64,000 bases of DNA from Podarcis melisellensis. Its lineage: Eukaryota. Under the pieces are notes generated by a model that was not told the origin of the DNA, did no database searches, and worked only from the letters and a program-made list of their open reading frames with translations. This document shows positions 58,321-64,000 of this stretch, piece after piece. Numbering within the stretch: position 1 is the first letter of the stretch; every line of letters begins with the position of its first letter. A program made the translations under genes and the position numbers. The DNA lies in assembly GCA_964234715.1 (NCBI GenBank), contig OZ174282.1; one strand, written 5' to 3'.

Positions 58321-59839
58321 AGGGTTGTTGTAAGGACTGCTGAGGTCTGGCTTGAGAAATAATAAGCGATGCTTGTGCACTTGAAGCGGTCTCTCCACTG
58401 TGTGGTGTGCGTCTTTATTGAGATGATGAAGCCGCCAGCCTCGTGCCTTTGCGGCAGGAAAACCGAAGCGCCCCCACGGGGCTTGCTGGTATTAAACTGG
58501 GATTGGAAAGGAACGAGTAAACTGGCGCTGCTTCTCGGCTGGCTATTCCAGGCCTTAAACCGGGAAGATGCGTAAATTATGGCCACAGTCAAAATCACGC
58601 TAAGCAAATCAAGGAAGGGGAAGCAGAGAGGAGAGACCTTTAATAGGAGCCTCACGCTATCCTGGCAAGGAACCGGTCTCTGTGTGGGTAGGCAGCCAGT
58701 AGATGTTTCCAAAACCGCAAAGAGCCAGGCCGCTTCAGTCACAGACTCTGCACGACACGAGTTCCTTTTACAAGGGCAACAATTCTTGAAGCACTTTCCA
58801 ACCTTCAAGCATAAAAGTGGCCTTGGCCTTATACTGGCCAGGACAGGGACAGCTTGCTGGTGCTATGTAGATGGGATCGGATAGAGCTGTCACTCGATGT
58901 TGAGTTGATTAATTATTTTTCCTTTGTGTCTGTGAGAAAGAGAGGAATGCTCTCAGTGGGGCTTCTGTCGCCCATCGATTTGCAAGTAAAAAAAAAAAGC
59001 CGCTGTCTGGCGAGATCCTAGGAAGAGCTCTGCTTGTCCGTTAGATCAAACTAAGTGGAGGAGGGAAGGGAAGGGCTGCATGTGCTTTTGCGTGCAGACA
59101 GGACCAGACTTAAAATCCTGGAGGGAATTTCAGGTAGGCCAGAGTGAGGAATCCTGCCTAAAACTGTGAAAAGCTGTTGACCACCAGTGTAAGCAATACT
59201 GAGATAGGTGGACCAAGAGACTGACTCAATTTAAGACAGCTTCCTACAGTATCCCCATCTGTTTCCCAGCGATTAGCCAGATGCCCTAATGGAAGGCGGA
59301 AGCAGTGCAAAAAGCCGCCGACGTTGACTATCAGAGATAACGATTGAAGCGACCAATATATATTCCGTGGCGAGGCTTTCTAGTCCCCAAACCTTAATAC
59401 TAGCCGCGGAACTGTAGAGCCCTAAGAGAGACCAGAGCTGAAATGGATGTATCGGCCACATTAGCGAAAACTGTTTCACGCAAATCAGAGGAGGTTGAGC
59501 CGGGAGGCTCTCCACGTTCAAACAAGGCGCTTGCCAGCAAGCTTCTTCGTCTCTCTGCGGCCTCAGAAACGGGACACTGGAGCTCCGTGAAAAGCCTGCA
59601 GTCCTGTGTATGTCCAAAGCACTGGGATATATTTCCGAGTAAACTTGCTTAAGATTGAGCTTGCTAGGAAAGCACGTGCTCTGTACGGACTTGGCCCCGC
59701 TACTGGCCCCCGGCAATTCGCAAAGACGCTTCAGTCTCCCTGACAGCTGGTTTTTTCCTCGAAGGACGGGCAGGCGCTTCGCTTCTTGGGCTGTGGGCAA
59801 GTTCTCTATCCAGAACGGAACTTTAAACTTCGCTAATAC

Positions 59840-60900
59840 GACCCGGCCGGACGCATGTCGTGAGCACAGCCGCAGCGGTGACTAGGCAGGCGTCTGACGT
59901 CATCACTACCTGCCACGGCGCAGTCTCACCGCTAATCGTGTGACACCGCTACAGATACTTCCGCGGAGGAAACGAGTTCTGGGGCCAGTTACCGCGGTTC
60001 CAAGCGCCGAGCATTCTGTCTGGCCACGAAACGCGCCGGCCGGCGGCGACGGAGGACGCAGCAGCGTTAATGGATGCAGCAGGCTATCGCCGCGCCGTGC
60101 TCTGAGAGAGGGCAGTCAGTGAGTCCCGGTCTCCAGATTCCTCCGCCTGCGGTATCGGTGCTGAGGCCGCGCCGCCGCCATTTTGGATGCCAGGCTCTAG
60201 CTACTGCCGCCGCCGCCTTCGCCGTAGGGATCCGGCCCGGTGAGTGCCGCGCGGGGAGAGAGGAGGGGCGCTGCCAGGCAGGGTAGGTGCTGCTGCTGCT
60301 GCTTCTACTTCGGCGGTAGGATCGTGGGCCCGCCGCCGCTGCCCGGGGCAAGGCCCAGCCGCCGCCGCCTCCCGCCCCGCCTCCCGGGACTGACTGAGCC
60401 TTGGCCGCCGAGGGCCCGGCCGCTTTCCGGTCGGTGGGTGGGTCGGCTGGCTAAGGGGAGAGGCGCCGGTTCCTAGCGCAAGAAGGGAGCGCGCTGCCGT
60501 GTTCCGCGAGGGTTGCTGCCGTCTGACTTGCCAGCTGGCTCGTGAGGCCTGGCGGGGCTGCTGCCCCTGCCGGAGCGGCTCTTCGCCCTCCCGGGCAAGA
60601 GGTGGCTGTTCCTTCGTCCGCTTCCCTTCTCCGCGCCGCCGCGTCCCGAGCAAAGACCAGCCTAGGCGGTGCTCCTTAGCCCATGACTTCCTTCCCGCTA
60701 TTCGAGGCGTTTTTCTCCTCGCCCGGCCAGTTCTGTCTCTGCTGTCGGCGGAAGTGCCTGTGGCCTCTTCTGTTATAGACGAGGAGAGTTTTCTCCGCGC
60801 GCCGCGCCGGGGTTCACCCCGTATAGCTCGCCCGGGCTTCCAACGATCGGATCGGCTCCTATCCGAGGCCTGAGACTCGACTCGCCCCTTGACAGGCTTT
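59840..60900 (+). promoter_or_regulatory. AP1G1: CpG island promoter and non-coding exon 1 of probable AP1G1 (exon ends 60239; coding exons outside window)
   Basis: Full CRE TGACGTCA 59895-59902, YY1-type CGCCATTTT ~60176, donor ccg|gtgagt at 60239/60240; gene identity inferred only from conserved head-to-head order with ATXN1L. Confidence 0.55.
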
Positions 60901-63900
60901 GTGAGCAAGGGGCTTAGGAACACCTCGTCGGGGAAAGAGACGTGAGAGTCACTCCCGATTCCGGCAGGGTCGACACTAGGAAAAGGCTCAAGGCTGTTGG
61001 ATGTGGATTCCGACGCTTTGCAAAGAATGTCTGTTCAGTGAGCGCTGGGGAAAGGGAAGGCCAAGACCAGGAGTGGGTGCGGGGAAGCGAGAGGGCAGTC
61101 CAGCCAGCTGGCTCACCTGTCAACTTGACCTGAAGAAGCCATTGCAGTTCCTTTTCTTGCCCTCCTGTCGAGAGGGAAATTTAAAAAAAAAATATTTAAC
61201 AAAAGTTTTATTCCATTTGATTGTAAGAATTTCTAAGGGTCTTACAAATGAGATAAGCTGCTTTCCTACTGAGGTTAATGATTGTGAAGGAGTTATCTAG
61301 CAATACTCTTGTAGATGAGTAACATTTGGAAGAGGGTTACTCAACATCTGCAGACCTTCTGAAACTTAACTTTATTTTAATATGGATATTCCTACCCATA
61401 TCCTTAGTTGCTGCAGCTTGATTGCCCAGTTTTCTGTCCCCTAGGCTGGAACTCCTTGCAAGAAACCCTTTGTGACACCCTATATCTCTTTCTCTTCTCC
61501 TCTTCAAACACTTCCTCAAAACACATTTTCACTTTGAAGCCCGTTGTTTAATGCCTTTGGTTTCACCTTCATTGTTGCAACATGGAGTATTTGCTCACAT
61601 TTCTCCTTCATCTGCCATTTAAAATTTAGAAACTGTAAGCTCATATTGATGTGATTCTCTGCAAAACATCATGTGGAATGATGGTGCTACCTTATAACTA
61701 ATGATTAACAGAACCTGTCTGACAGAGGGCCTCTTTTTAATAAAATGTCTAACTAGTGTACGCTGAAAATCCTCTGTTTCTCTTGAAAGAAATTGTGACG
61801 ATTGGGCAGAATTGTTACATTGACTAAGTTTGGGGTAGTTCAAAGATAAATCATGAGATGAAAGATTTGCTTTTAGATAGTATTGCAGCTAGAGTATGCT
61901 TGTCTTTTGTCTGAAAACAGTGGTCTTAACTTTTGTTGAATTTCTGTTGGCTATGGGCAAGTGTCCAAAATTAGCCAGGTTCATTTTGCACCCGACTGTT
62001 GACCACTCGCAACCAAGTGAAGATGCCCTGATGCTAGGATGGCGCCTGGCATACCCACCATCTGGAGATGTATGCCTGGGGATCATTGGCTCTTGGCTGT
62101 TTTCACACATTGATACCACACCTTGTAGAATTCTATGAGTTATATTTTATCTGCACAATCAGAATGAATTTCTGGAACCAAAATGCTTTTTCTGTGCAGC
62201 CTGAGCAGGAGCAACGTTACTTAATTATTGTAGTTTGTCTTCACTTACCCCACCCCACTGACCTTGTCACAGTTGTGAAGAACATTCCTATGTTCTGAAT
62301 GGTCAGTGTCACCATTCAGAAAAAGACGTAGGAATAGGCCAATATTTATGTGGACTGTCCCTGCATCAAGTGACTTTTCTTCTTTAAGTTCTCAAAGTTC
62401 TTAACCTAGTTCAAGGTAGTCATCTGAATTAGCCAGGTGTTTCACTGATAATCACAATTAGTCTGCCATTTGAAAAATAAGACTTTAGAGCCATCTTACC
62501 TTCAAATGGCAACTAGATATTCCGTTTTGGTGACTGTAACTTGGTTTAAGGAACCCTTTGGCACCTAACTTACATATCATGGTTTCTAACACGGCTGTGA
62601 GCTTATTCTGGATGTTTTTGTATTGGTAGTACACTTTCTTTCCAGCAGTATGGTTGCACTGTCACTGTTTTTGTTAACAATGTATGGCTGTTAATTCAGG
62701 CTGTACCTGCATTGAGGTGGTGAATTGCGTTCTGTGTCTCTCCTCCCAAACATAGTTAATAAGCTTTACTTTGTGTGTTGGCTTGCATGTTGACCATCTT
62801 ATGGCATAGTTGGATTTTAGGAGTAGTTGCAAGTGTTTTTGAACCAAAGACCTGTTTTTTATTGTTTCCTCAGGTTGGGCATCTTCTGAGAGTTTTTTTG
62901 GGACCTGCAGTCAGAAACTGTTTGTAATCTGAACAGTGCTGTCTTGAGACCTCTTGCTGCCTGAGGTAGATCTCAAATTTCTGTTCTGTAGGGCTAACCC
63001 TGTACCATTCAAACAGCAGTACAGCCTCCCTCTAGCTTTGGCCACCCCCATTATGCTGCCTGAAGTGCGCTGCTTCATCCTGCTATGTATTCAGGGCCCA
63101 CCCTCATTGTGAAAGTTCCGTTAAGAGTGTTGCTACTTTGAAAGAGTTCTTATATTTGGTTTATCTTGTGACTCATACCTTGGAGTACCTGAAGAGAGGT
63201 GGGGTCAACTTTAGTATTGCAAGATGAGCTTTAGGACAGCCTTGCATGTAACAACTCACCTGGTAGTCATAGGCAACCAGAAATTCCATCCTGGTGAGTG
63301 AATGCCATATTAGACAGATAGCTATCAGAGCATTTCTTACTAAACATCTGTTTACCAGAGATTATTTTTAAAATGCCATCGACTTAATAAAGGCACTTGT
63401 GGTATGTTGGCTACTCTGGAAGGTTGTGATTAACTAAGAAGCTCTTCCAAAGCGTAGAAGTTGGATCATGAGTACTTCTGGATCCTAGAAGCAGCATGAG
63501 AGCCTCCTTCTTAACTGCGAGTGGGTTTGTTCATTTAGCAGAGCTTTGGATGGAAACTCAAGCTGGCTCATGAAACATGGAAGGAGCTGGCTCACTGTGG
63601 GTCTGATCCACTGGCTCACTGTGCTTGCTCTGATCCACCAGGATCCTCCTGTGTAATTATGTAATTATGGCAACAGCTTCCTTTCCTAAGGAATCCACAC
63701 AGATTTGGCAGTAAGTGGGTTGGAAGGCACGAGATGGAACAAGACTCTCTAGCAGGTATGGGTCTACCCTGGTTAGCACTTGGGAAAAGGGAAATAATTC
63801 TGCTTCTCTGTTGCCAGAAGATCAGACCTGGAAGTCTAGTCAGTCTCCATTATCCTGCAACACCTGCAGCTTGTGCTGTGGTTTATTTTCCATAAACCAC

Positions 63901-63959
63901 CTTGGATACTCTGTGGAGGGACATAAATCATCTAATAACATTCATGAATGAATAATGGC

Positions 63960-64000
63960 ATGGGGAAGGAATTCGGCTCAGTAGTGGAGCACCAGCTTTG
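63960..64000 (+). mobile_element. 5' end of tRNA-derived SINE (runs off window)
   Basis: ggggaagg...ggctcagtagtggagcaccagctttg contains a pol III A-box. Confidence 0.5.

Noticed and set aside
58125-60923. 227-, 175- and 240-aa minus-strand ORFs between ATXN1L and AP1G1
   Set aside because: Non-ATG starts, overlap with promoters and CpG islands, and no recognisable protein features.
63960-64000. tRNA gene
   Set aside because: Only a degenerate A-box is visible, more consistent with a SINE head, and it is truncated by the window edge.

Overview
Vertebrate genomic DNA, most likely a squamate (lacertid-type lizard, judged from the MITE/SINE/Penelope repeat content). It is GC-rich and has short introns. 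The window covers the block equivalent to the human PKD1L3-IST1-ZNF821-ATXN1L-AP1G1 region: PKD1L3 (+, 31 coding exons, ~1772 aa), IST1 (-, 364 aa), ZNF821 (+, ~426 aa), ATXN1L (-, 663 aa) and probably the promoter and non-coding exon 1 of AP1G1 (+). The main surprise is a second, intact polycystin-1-family gene in tandem immediately upstream of PKD1L3 (8627-18975, 22 exons, ~1110 aa). It has signal peptide, C-type lectin, GAIN/GPS (HL|S), TM1, a degenerate PLAT domain and TM2-5, then stops. It has no TOP or 6-TM cation-channel module, and its membrane part looks more like PKD1L2 than like its neighbour. Also present: Penelope-type inverted repeats carrying minimal hammerhead ribozyme motifs, GC-AG introns, tightly convergent 3' ends, an unidentified decayed coding-like segment inside IST1, and many hAT/Tc1 MITEs, SINEs and solo-LTR-like elements. 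All exon models were built by hand from splice signals and phase, not from transcript data.
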